Assembly (NCBI GenBank): GCA_963716175.1
Contig: OY970296.1
Location: 160,001 to 224,000 of the forward strand
Length of the DNA stretch: 64,000 nucleotides
Source of the DNA: an uncultured Armatimonadetes bacterium
GTDB taxonomy: Bacteria > Armatimonadota > Hebobacteria > Hebobacterales > Hebobacteraceae
Reading direction: 5' to 3'
Part shown: positions 21,871 through 31,330 of the stretch, piece by piece
Position numbering within the stretch: position 1 is the stretch's first letter
How the letters are laid out: every line of letters begins with the position of its first letter
Made by a program: the position numbers and the translations under genes
The notes under the pieces: generated by a model
The model's database searches: none
What the model was told of the DNA's origin: nothing
The model's input: the letters and a program-made list of their open reading frames with translations, nothing else

Positions 21871-22718
21871 CGATCTCAGCTATGGGGTGAAAGGACAAGG
21901 GGTGCCCCTTGGCCTTGCTGTTCCCGCGCGCAATCGGCCTGGGAGCGTGCGTCCGTGTCGGGCGCCCGTAGGACCGTGCTGAGCGGGCCGTGGACTCGCT
22001 CGGGCTGACTCGCTCCCAATCATCTGAGACTGGTTGTCTATGTTAGGTCGGGTTGGGACGCTGAGGATTACAGCGCCCGGCTACGTGCCGTACCGCGTGC
22101 TGCTGAGGACTGAGGACCCCGCGCTAGCGCCGTACCTCAAGCGCGTCACGTTGCGGTCAGGCAGCTAGGGGAAGGATGCCGAACCTGTCGCCGCCAGGTG
22201 TAGCGGAAATGGCTCAGCAGCAGAACATGCATGGTTCGATGCCCGAGCTCAGCGTCATCGCACGTCATGCACGCCGCCTACATGCCAAACCCATGGAGTG
22301 GGCCGATATCGGCACCTATGGGCCCACTGGCGACAGGACCTCGAGGCGAGGAGCTAGATGGGGCGCCGCTAGTCGGCGATCTGGCTGGATACGCCATAGG
22401 GCAATTTCCCGACAGCCCGAGGGAATCGCGTCGTCGCTACCGTCGGCGACGAAGTCAGCCCCACCGGGCATGGTTCTGATGGATCCGGAGGCGAGAACCA
22501 GTGGGCGCAGGCTGGCTAACGCTGTTCCAGTGGGCGTGCAGACCCGAACCTGGCACGCAGCAGATTCCACTGCAGACGAATCGTGATATACTGCGCGCGG
22601 CAGAAGGCCGCTCGGCGGGTGCAGATCATGTGAGGGCTACGGTCGTCTTACAGGTGGCCCGCGCCGAGCCCGCGTGGGCTCTCACCATCCCGTCTGCCGT
22701 GGGGGAAGAAAGCGGTCC

Positions 22719-23324
22719 ATGACTCCTCGAACTCGTCACTGCAGGGGTCAACGACTCCGCCCCGTCCCTGGCCTGGCATGGGCGCTTTGCGGAATGGTCT
22801 CGCTTTCGGCCTGGGCCGGGTCCGCGGGTCCTCTCGACACGCGGGCGCTCATCGCCCTCGCCCGCGCCGCCGTGGAATCGGAGGTGAGGTGCGGCAGCCC
22901 GCCGCACACCGCCGCTAAGACCCCTCCCCGGCCGGTCTTCGTCACCATCGAGAGGAAAGCGAAGGTGCTGGGCTGTCGCGGCGCTCTGGAATGCCGGACC
23001 CGCTCCCTCGAGGAAGAGGTGGTGCTGGCGGCGCGGGCGGCGGCCAGCCACGATCCCCGGTATCGTCCGCTGACGCAGCGCGATCTCGCGGATTTCCTGG
23101 TCACGGTCACCGTGGTCGAGCGCCTGGAACCGCTCGACCGCATCGAGTCTCTTGGACCCGCGGATGGTCTAGTGCTGAAGTCTGGCGGCCGGACGGGAGT
23201 GGTGCTGCCGTGGGAAGGAAAGGACCCCAAGGTCCGTCTGGAATGGGCCTACAAGAAGGCCGGGGTCCCTGTCGGGGCGGCCTGTGAGCTGTCCCGCATG
23301 AAGGCGGAAAGGATGCGCGGATGA
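22719..23324 (+). CDS. AMMECR1-domain protein with N-terminal signal-like peptide
   Basis: VFVTI...LGCRG (LRGCIG variant), AA.HDPRY.PL, GL.L..G...GV.LP and KAG. Leader LAWALCGMVSLSAWA. Stop overlaps the A2M start (ATGA). Confidence 0.8.
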   Translation: MTPRTRHCRGQRLRPVPGLAWALCGMVSLSAWAGSAGPLDTRALIALARAAVESEVRCGSPPHTAAKTPPRPVFVTIERKAKVLGCRGALECRTRSLEEEVVLAARAAASHDPRYRPLTQRDLADFLVTVTVVERLEPLDRIESLGPADGLVLKSGGRTGVVLPWEGKDPKVRLEWAYKKAGVPVGAACELSRMKAERMRG

Positions 23325-26300
23325 AGCGAGGAGCCGCGGTATGGATGGTGCTGGGGCTGCTGGCCTCCACCGTGAGAGCGTGGGGGGCGACACCGCACAG
23401 GCAGGTGAGCATCTGGGTGGCGCGGGACGTAGCTCCGGGCCCCAAGGTGGGGCTCGCGCTCAATACCTGTAACGTGGCTACGCTGCGCCTGGCCGCCTAC
23501 CGGTTAGAGCCGACTTCGCTGCTGGTCGCGCGGGCTAAGGAGCCGGTTCGCCCGCCGACACCCCGGGCGCCGCTGCGCACCTGGACCGTCTCCATGGCTC
23601 GCAAAGGGGAGCCGCCTCCGCGGGGCGAGCGCGATATCTACCGGAGCAGGCGGGTCAATCTGCCCCCGTTGTCGCCGGGAGTCTACCTCATCACCGCCCA
23701 AGGTGACGGCACAGAGGTCGAGGTGCCAGGGTGGCGACCCTGGGCGGTGGTGAATGTCACCCACCTGGCGGTCGTGGTGAAGCGGTCCCCGAGCAAGGCG
23801 CTAACCTGGGTGTGCCACGCCCTCAGCGGCCTGCCCCTCGCGGGCGCCAGAGCGACCCTCTACGACCAGGACCAGAAGCCCATCGCCAGCGGTGTCACGC
23901 GCCGCGACGGCACCGTGGTGCTGGCAGCCAAGCCCGGCCCGTCCCAGACCATCCTGGTGGCCCGCGGGCGGGATGTGGCCGGTGTGCCCTGCGCCGTGAC
24001 CGGTTCCGACGGGGTGCTGAAGGCCCACTTCCAGACAGATCGGCCCATCTACCGGCCCGGCCAGACCGTGCTCTTCAAGGTCATCCTGCGCCGCACCCAA
24101 GGCCGAGGCTACCAGGCCCTGGCCAACACCGCGTGCCACCTGGAGGTGCGCGATCCCAAGGATAACGTCCTGTGGGAGAAGCAGGCGACGAGCAACGCGG
24201 TGGGCACGATCTCGGACGAGTTCGAAGTGCCGGCGGAAGGGCTTACCGGGCCGTACACTGCTGTTGTCACCGTTGGGGAGGACTCGGCTTACGAGACCTT
24301 CAGCGTGGCGGAGTATCGCAAGCCCGAGTTCAAGGTGAGCGCCGCGCCGGCGGCCAAGCGGTATCTGGCCGGCGAGGAGGCCGTCTTCGAGGCGCAGTGC
24401 GCCTACTACTTCGGCGCGCCGGTGCCGCAGGCCGAAGTGCGCTACCAAGTCCGGCGCGACACGACCCCGTACGGAACATATGACGAGCTGTCGGCCTGGT
24501 ACGCAAGCAGCGATGGTAACCTCTATCCCCGCGATACCTACGCGGCATCGCCCTTCGTCGCTGAGGGCACAGTGTATACCGATGACGCGGGAAAGGTGCG
24601 GATCCCGGTGAAGACGGACAAGGCCGCACCCGATTCCGTGTACCAGATCACCTGCACCGTGCAGGACCCCTCGCGGCGGCGAGTGCAGGCCACCGGAAGC
24701 GTCCCGGTGTATGCCGCGAGCCTGCGGCTGGCGCTGGAGACCGACGTGCTGGTGGCGCCGCTCGGCAGTGTCATCCCGCTGCGCGTGAAGGCGGCCGACC
24801 TGGACGGTAAGCCGGCGGCGGCGCGGGTGACGCTGATCGAGAAGCAGCCGGTGTGGATAGAGAAAGAAGGGCGGTATCGGTTCAAGGAACTGACCCGCAC
24901 CGAGGTCAGCATTCCGCCCACAGGCAGCGCCCGCGCGACCCTGCCCGCAGGGGCCGAAGACACAGTTCTCATCACGGCCACTGCGCCGGATCGGACCGGC
25001 CGCACGGCCTCGGCGGAGCTGTCGGTGTGGGTGGCCGGGCCCTTCGCGGAGGCGCAGGTCGCGGGGAAGGAGCCGCGACTCCAGCTGAGGCTGGACCGCA
25101 AGAGCTACAAGCCAGCGGACACCGTAACGGCCTGGGTCACCACCAGCGTCGCCAGTCGCCCGATCCTGATCACCGCGGAGGGTGGGGACCTGTGGCAGTA
25201 TGCGGTGCTCTCACCCAGAAGGAAGCCTATCGCCTGGCATCTGAAGACGAGCCTGGCGATGTCACCCAACGCCTACCTGTCTGCGGAGCAGTGGTCGCGC
25301 TCCCGTCTGCTGTCGTCCAGCGCGCTGGTGCCGCTGCCCGACCTCAGCCGGAAACTCACCGTAGAGGTAGCATCCGAGAAGCCGGCATATCGGCCGGGTG
25401 ATACCGCGCGGTACCTCCTCCGTACCACGGCGGAGAACGGCAGACCGGTTCCGGCGGAGGTGGCGATCACGGTGGTGGATGAAGCCATCTATGCTATGCG
25501 CCCTGATATGACGCGCGATCTCTATACGACGTACTGGGGCATCCGCGAGAACCGAGTTGTCACCAACCAGTCGGCGCCGGAAGAGCTGTCGGGGGGCGCC
25601 TATCAGCGGGTAAGCGCGATGGCGCCCGTGCGCGAGCGATTCCTCGATACCGCCTACTGGAACGCACAGGTCATGACCGGCGCAGACGGCGTCGCGACGG
25701 TCAGCTTCGAGCTGCCTGGCAACTTGACCACCTGGCGTGCCACCGGACGAGCGGTGACCGAAGACACCCGGGTGGGCACAGGGGAGGCTTCAGTACAAGT
25801 GTCGCGGCCGGTGATGCTGCGCCTGGCGACACCTCGGCAACTCGTCACCGGCGACCGTCTGGTGTTGATCGGCACGGTCAGCAACCGCACCGACGCGGCG
25901 CATGAGTTCGAGACCGCCATCTCCGCCCAAGGCGTGCGCGTGGAAGGCGGAACCACGAAGCGCGTCGCGGTTCCAGCCGGCGGCGAGGGAACGGTGTCCT
26001 GGACGATCGTCGCGGATGTCCTGCCCGAGAGCGGCGAGGCGCTGATCACGGGGCGAACACTCGCCACTGATGCGCCGCGGGATCGAGGCCCGGAGTTCTC
26101 CGACGCGCTGCGCCTCCCGGTCCGCGTGGTGCCGGCCGGAGTGGCCCAACGCGTTGTGGTTGCGGGTGTGCTCGCCAGGGAGACGACGGCCACGCTCGCC
26201 CTGCCGCCGGATCGCATCGAGCCGGCGACAACGGTGAAGGTGACCGTTCGCGCGGGTCTGAAGCAGACGGTTGATGAACTGGCGGCGAGGGTGATGGCTT

Positions 26301-27613
26301 CGGGGCGGTATGGAAGCCCGGGCGCGGCGGACAATCTTATCGCGGCCGCGATCCTGGGGCGCGAGGCGCCGGCTCGAGCCGCGCGTGAGTCGCTCGCGCT
26401 CCTCTCCCGGAGTCAGCTGAGCAACGGCGCCTGGGGCTGGTGGGAGCAGCAGCCGCCCGACGCCTTCATCACGGCCCGGGTCTTGCTAGCCCTGACCGAG
26501 GCCCACTCTGCCGGGATACCGGTTCCGGCCGCGATGCTCACCCGCGGCATCTCCGGGGCCACCCAGCTCTACAGCAACACCAATCTCTGGGAGCACCGCG
26601 CCCTGCTGGCATCTGCGGCGACGCTGGCCGGCGCTCCGAAGGCCTCGGACCTGCTGGCGGAGGTCCATCGGCGAGCCACCCATCTCTCGCCGTACGCCGA
26701 GCTTCTGCTGGCGCGCGCCTATGACAAGGCCGGCCAGAAGGAATGGGCGCAGGAGTCGGCAGCAAAGGCGCTGGAGGACACGGCAGCCGGCCCGCAGGCT
26801 GCCTACCTGCCCGCGGGCGAGCACCCTGGATGGTCGGCGGATACCGTGGAGACCACCGCGCAGGCGCTTTCGGCGCTGCTCGCGCTCTCCCGGGATGCGG
26901 CGCTCCAGGCCAAGCTGGCGCAGTGGCTGGCCGAGCCCGAAAGGGAGGCCTGGTGGTGCCAGGACCAGACCGCGGCGGCCGCGGCGGCGCTCGTGAGCTA
27001 CCTGCGCGAGCACCCACAGCCCGAGCGGCTGGGCGAGCTGGAGATCGTGTTCAACGGCAACCCGCTGGAAGCTTCGGCCCCGGCGGGGAAGCCGGCACAG
27101 GCCGTCGTGCCCCGGTCGCTGCTGCGGGAGAGCAACACTGTCACGTTGCACAGAAACGGTGACGGCGAAGCGTTCTTCTCCATAGAGGCGCAGGTATTCA
27201 GACCCGCGGAGGGCGCCACCGCCAATGGGGTCACGATCATGCGCCAGTACGAGGTGCGTAACGCGGCTGGGCTGTGGGACGAGGTGAGTGGGCCCATCAA
27301 GCCAGCCGAGCCCGTCCGCTGCACGGTGCTGGTGTGGCCTGACGATCGTCCCGACGCGCTCCGGGTGGCCGAGCCGATTCCGGCCGGATTCGAGTTCGTG
27401 GATTCGGAGCCCATAGACGGGGCGCGGGAGGAGGTCCGGGATGGGGCCGTTATCCACTACCTGCTCGCGAACGGTAAGCCCGTGTACTTCCCGTACTACC
27501 TGCGGGCTGAGTCAGACGGAAGCGTGCTCGCCCTCCCCAGCCTGGCCGAGGCGCTGCGGCGACCCGCGGTGCGCGGGACTACGGGCGTCCTGAAGATCGA
27601 GGTGAAGGGATAG
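23321..27613 (+). CDS. Bacterial alpha-2-macroglobulin family protein lacking the thioester motif
   Basis: Signal peptide; TDRPIYRPGQ (MG2), EYRKPEF, VVDEAI, R.RF.DTAYW, LPGNLTTWR, Q..NGAWGWW and PIPAGFE. YGSPGA occupies the expected YGCxEQ position. Confidence 0.9.
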   Translation: MKRGAAVWMVLGLLASTVRAWGATPHRQVSIWVARDVAPGPKVGLALNTCNVATLRLAAYRLEPTSLLVARAKEPVRPPTPRAPLRTWTVSMARKGEPPPRGERDIYRSRRVNLPPLSPGVYLITAQGDGTEVEVPGWRPWAVVNVTHLAVVVKRSPSKALTWVCHALSGLPLAGARATLYDQDQKPIASGVTRRDGTVVLAAKPGPSQTILVARGRDVAGVPCAVTGSDGVLKAHFQTDRPIYRPGQTVLFKVILRRTQGRGYQALANTACHLEVRDPKDNVLWEKQATSNAVGTISDEFEVPAEGLTGPYTAVVTVGEDSAYETFSVAEYRKPEFKVSAAPAAKRYLAGEEAVFEAQCAYYFGAPVPQAEVRYQVRRDTTPYGTYDELSAWYASSDGNLYPRDTYAASPFVAEGTVYTDDAGKVRIPVKTDKAAPDSVYQITCTVQDPSRRRVQATGSVPVYAASLRLALETDVLVAPLGSVIPLRVKAADLDGKPAAARVTLIEKQPVWIEKEGRYRFKELTRTEVSIPPTGSARATLPAGAEDTVLITATAPDRTGRTASAELSVWVAGPFAEAQVAGKEPRLQLRLDRKSYKPADTVTAWVTTSVASRPILITAEGGDLWQYAVLSPRRKPIAWHLKTSLAMSPNAYLSAEQWSRSRLLSSSALVPLPDLSRKLTVEVASEKPAYRPGDTARYLLRTTAENGRPVPAEVAITVVDEAIYAMRPDMTRDLYTTYWGIRENRVVTNQSAPEELSGGAYQRVSAMAPVRERFLDTAYWNAQVMTGADGVATVSFELPGNLTTWRATGRAVTEDTRVGTGEASVQVSRPVMLRLATPRQLVTGDRLVLIGTVSNRTDAAHEFETAISAQGVRVEGGTTKRVAVPAGGEGTVSWTIVADVLPESGEALITGRTLATDAPRDRGPEFSDALRLPVRVVPAGVAQRVVVAGVLARETTATLALPPDRIEPATTVKVTVRAGLKQTVDELAARVMASGRYGSPGAADNLIAAAILGREAPARAARESLALLSRSQLSNGAWGWWEQQPPDAFITARVLLALTEAHSAGIPVPAAMLTRGISGATQLYSNTNLWEHRALLASAATLAGAPKASDLLAEVHRRATHLSPYAELLLARAYDKAGQKEWAQESAAKALEDTAAGPQAAYLPAGEHPGWSADTVETTAQALSALLALSRDAALQAKLAQWLAEPEREAWWCQDQTAAAAAALVSYLREHPQPERLGELEIVFNGNPLEASAPAGKPAQAVVPRSLLRESNTVTLHRNGDGEAFFSIEAQVFRPAEGATANGVTIMRQYEVRNAAGLWDEVSGPIKPAEPVRCTVLVWPDDRPDALRVAEPIPAGFEFVDSEPIDGAREEVRDGAVIHYLLANGKPVYFPYYLRAESDGSVLALPSLAEALRRPAVRGTTGVLKIEVKG

Positions 27614-27614
27614 C

Positions 27615-28632
27615 ATGAAGCGCGGTCTGACCTTACCTGTGCTGGCTGCTCTCGCGGCCCTGGTCGCGGTTCGACCTGCAGTGGCCCTGTCGGAACCGGG
27701 CGGGAGAATGCAGCCCTTCATCCTCCCACAGTCGGATGGGTCATCCTTCCGCTGGCAGCCGGGCACAGTGACGGTGTTCACCTTCTGCGCCTTCTGGTGC
27801 GATACCTGGAAGACGCAGAGCGAAAGTCTGGCCGCGGCGAGCAAGGCGCTGCACGGCCTTCCGGTTTCCTTCATCACCATCTCCGTGGATGATCGCTGGA
27901 GTGAGCGGGCGCGCGGGAAGATCACCGGCACGCTGCTGGCGGACCCGGGCAGCGCTTTCTCGAGGTCGCTCGGGATCGACGGCATCCCGTATCTCCTGCT
28001 AGTTGATGGGGAAGGCCGCATTCGCGAAGCGACGCGCGGTGTCACCCGCGCGGTCAACGATCGAGCAGGCGGTGCGCGGCCTGCTGGAGGGAGAGCCGGC
28101 GCCGCGTGAAGCGGTGGTCTACCTGGTGTTCGACGACTTCCCTTCTCAGGCCGGGGGCGCCACCACCGATCTCGACGACCGCTTGCTAGACGGGCTTCGG
28201 AGCGCGCAGGCGAAGGCCACCTTCTTCTGTCGTGGCGACCACATCGCCGGGAGTGCGGAGGTGGTGCGGCGCGCAGCGCGCGAGGGGCACTCGCTGCAGA
28301 TCCATTCCTGGGACCATCGTGCCGACCGGCCGCTGCTCGCGCGCTGCGTGCAGATGCTGCAAGAGACCGCGGCCGTCACGCCTACCCTGTACCATCCGCC
28401 GGGGAGCGCCCGATTCCAGCGCCTCGGGGGCGAACCACTCGCCCTCGCCGTGGTTAACCCATACGACTACCTCCGGCCCGGTGCTTCGGAACTTGTGCGG
28501 CGGGTGGTGCTGGCCGCGAAGCCGGGAAGCGTGATCCTGCTGCACGCGGGCGTCTCGGAAACGGTCGAGGTGCTGCCGGAGATCATCCGCGCGCTGCGCG
28601 CCCGTGGCTTTGAGTTCGGCGTTCTGGAGTAG
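27615..28632 (+). CDS. TlpA/redoxin domain fused to NodB-type polysaccharide deacetylase; frameshift near 28050
   Basis: Signal peptide, F.AFWCDTW and GIPY..LVD.EG.IR in 27615..28109. LVFDDFP, ATFF, HSWDH, PPG and ILLH in 28003..28632. The frames overlap at GVTR/STIEQAV. Confidence 0.75.
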
Positions 28633-28776
28633 CCTCGCCCGTTGCGAGGCCCGAGCCGGAACCACCTGCGTGTGTTGGCCGCCCGTGGTGCTGCCATTGT
28701 GGGCCGAGAACAGCGCTTGCAGCCCAGTACCCAGCCACGAGGTACCTCGCGGAAGTGGTGCCCCGCACCTAGGGTG

Positions 28777-30618
28777 TCAGAGCCCTGACGCGGCTGGCAT
28801 GTGCTCGATGACTTCAGCCATCTGCTCCCGCGCGCTCAGCAGCTCCTCTGGGTCGTGGCACCAGTCAGCGAAACTCTCGACTACCCGCTGTTCGCTAAGC
28901 CACCGCTTCGCCTGAGCGACCAAGTCCGGGCTCTTGCCGGCGGCCTCCAGCTGCTCGACGCCATTGGCGAGCAGCCGGACATACTCGTAATCCTCCATGC
29001 CGTCGCGAAGCGCCTCGAGGCGGAGAGACGAAAGGGCAGTGCCGTTAGGGCCGGGGTAGATCAGGTGTCCATCTCCGTTGAAGTACTCCGCCTGTCCCTC
29101 CCAATGGCTCACGAAGTTCGCTGCAACCCAGGGTCGGTTCGGCCATTTCGCTTCGGGCCCTGCTCCCATCAGGTTGGCCTCTCCCCAGTAGTTGGCGCTC
29201 CAGTAGAGTAGACCCTCGAGGTCGTACTTCCAGCACAGCCATGGGAGCATGCGACAGTCTATCAGGGGGTAGTCAATGAAGATATTGGGATAGGGATGGT
29301 GCACATCGCAGGCGACGTAGACCCAGAGCAGTTTCTTCTGCTGCCGCCAGCGTTCGATGTTCGCCCGCGCCCGGTTGCCACCTTGAGCGATATTCAGCAT
29401 GTGCAGGCCCCAGATATCCACTTCCTCCTGACACAGGTCCACCAGCGGTCCCGTGACCGGGCCGTCCAGTCTGGTCCGGAGGCGCGGGTGAGACCGGTGG
29501 ACTGTCTGGAGCTCTTTCAGCACCTGCTGGGCATACTGGTCCCGGGGCTCATCCCAGACCATCGCAAAGGCGCGATCGAGCCACCCGCGCGCCTCTAAGT
29601 GCTCTGCGAGGTCACGCAGACAGCTCACGATGCGAGCTCTTTCGGCCTCGTTCAGGTCTGGGCCTCTTTCCAGGAAGCCGGGGAGGCGGGCCCCCTGGAA
29701 TGCTGTCAATCCGCGAGGGAAGCAGTACTCCAGGCACTCGTCGAACTGATGGTAATCGAAAGGCCCCGTGTCGCGGCCATCGATCACGGCCTCCATGCCC
29801 TGCCGCAGATAGGTCCCGAGATCATCGCTGCTCAGCCGGTGGCTGAACAGCATATCCCAGTAGTTCCGCAGTGTACTCTCCGGTAGAGGGTCCTGGTTGT
29901 AGAACTGGGAGAGAGTATCAGTGTAGATCGCAATCGCCGACGGCAAGGGTGGGTTGGGCGCCAGCGCGAAATCCCAGACTCGCAGCACCAGCGGGACTTG
30001 CTGATCTGCCCCATCCCCGGCGGAAACGGTGATGGTCCCCTGATAGCGTCCGGCGGTCGCGGCCTCTGGAACGTGCACCGTGAGCCAGAAAGGTTGGCGC
30101 CGACCGGGGAGCACGTCCATCGGCTCGGGCGGCAGCAACGGATCGGGCCACCACCCGGTTCGCTCCACCGGGTATGCGGGCTGCTTGGTTTCGACGTAGC
30201 CCACTGGGTTGATCCTGATCCGTGTTGCGGGGATGACGTGGTCGCCGGCTTCGTCTCGCAGGTCGGATACCGACACCGTGACATTGTGGAGCGCCTCTGT
30301 ACCTGCTTCGACGACTACTTGCAGGCTCTCCCTCTCGTTCCGGCACGCGCTGATGCGCGCCGTTCCCCGTCTCAGTAGGGAGGCACCGTTCTCCGGCTCG
30401 CGGAGGAGTTTGGTCAGGCTGTCAGCAATCGAGACCTGCATTCCCCTGGTCCTTTCTGCTGCCTGAGATGAGATACCCGCGGCCCAGCAGTTCCCCGCTG
30501 AGAACACGAGCGCGACCAGCCCGATGCGCCAGCAGTGGTGGGCCGTCATCGTGTCACGTGCCATCTCGGGCCCTGGATACGCTGGGATTCCACAGATCAC
30601 CTGCTGTGCCCGGTCCAC
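28777..30618 (-). CDS. DUF4091 / GH123-like glycoside hydrolase
   Basis: RNE.ES.Q, WPDPL, WLTV.VP..A.AG.Y.G, WDEP, G.LYW, GDG.L.YP and SLRLE.LRDG.EDYEY. Start may be the ATG at 30564. Confidence 0.8.
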   Translation of the reverse strand: MDRAQQVICGIPAYPGPEMARDTMTAHHCWRIGLVALVFSAGNCWAAGISSQAAERTRGMQVSIADSLTKLLREPENGASLLRRGTARISACRNERESLQVVVEAGTEALHNVTVSVSDLRDEAGDHVIPATRIRINPVGYVETKQPAYPVERTGWWPDPLLPPEPMDVLPGRRQPFWLTVHVPEAATAGRYQGTITVSAGDGADQQVPLVLRVWDFALAPNPPLPSAIAIYTDTLSQFYNQDPLPESTLRNYWDMLFSHRLSSDDLGTYLRQGMEAVIDGRDTGPFDYHQFDECLEYCFPRGLTAFQGARLPGFLERGPDLNEAERARIVSCLRDLAEHLEARGWLDRAFAMVWDEPRDQYAQQVLKELQTVHRSHPRLRTRLDGPVTGPLVDLCQEEVDIWGLHMLNIAQGGNRARANIERWRQQKKLLWVYVACDVHHPYPNIFIDYPLIDCRMLPWLCWKYDLEGLLYWSANYWGEANLMGAGPEAKWPNRPWVAANFVSHWEGQAEYFNGDGHLIYPGPNGTALSSLRLEALRDGMEDYEYVRLLANGVEQLEAAGKSPDLVAQAKRWLSEQRVVESFADWCHDPEELLSAREQMAEVIEHMPAASGL

Positions 30619-31330
30619 GGCATACCTCCGTGCCGGGCCTCGCGGACCGGGATAGGCGCCTTCCCTCTGACCGAATCAGGCGGGGCGCGGCGACGCGTGA
30701 GTCCCAGAGCACTTCGCCGTAGTCGACCACGCGCCAGAATCAGATGTAAAGGGCAGCCATCTGCCCATCCCCACCCGATCCGGCATTGGTGCAGACCTGG
30801 TCACAGACCGAGTCGCCCCCTTCCTGTGGGCCGAGTGTCGGCAGGGCTAGCTGGCATGCGCTGCCGGCGTCGCGTACTCCGGCTCTTCGCGTCGGTGGTG
30901 GCCAAGCGATGATGGAACCGCCTGCGGGTTCCGAAGCCCGTTTGGCGGCGCATGGGCCCATATCGGCGCGTAGCGGCCAGGGCCGCATTCTGCCACACCG
31001 ACCTACGGGGCGAAGCCAGAGTGCGGCCACTTGTCGGGAATCGAGGCCTACTGTCGCTTTGCACAGGGCATGGGGGTGACCGCGGATTGCGAGTGGGAGG
31101 GCCCCCTTTCTCGCTGCCTGTGGGCGCACCCGCGCTGTTCTCCGCGGGGCGGTCAGCTCTCGTCCCACAAGACTCTGCCGAAGCCGAGCCTGCTCCCTGT
31201 GCCTGGAGGAGAGTGACACTAGCTGGAGAAGGCGCTTCTTACTGGAGCTTCGGTTGGTCAGTGAAATCAGCACTGCGCTGTCGGACCCCCCTCGCGGGGA
31301 GCGGGCGCGTCCGCCGAACCCCATCGAGGT

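Noticed and set aside
21880-22700. Possible ncRNA (SRP, riboswitch) or small ORFs in a long intergenic region
   Set aside because: No recognisable consensus or convincing ORF. An Rfam search would be needed.
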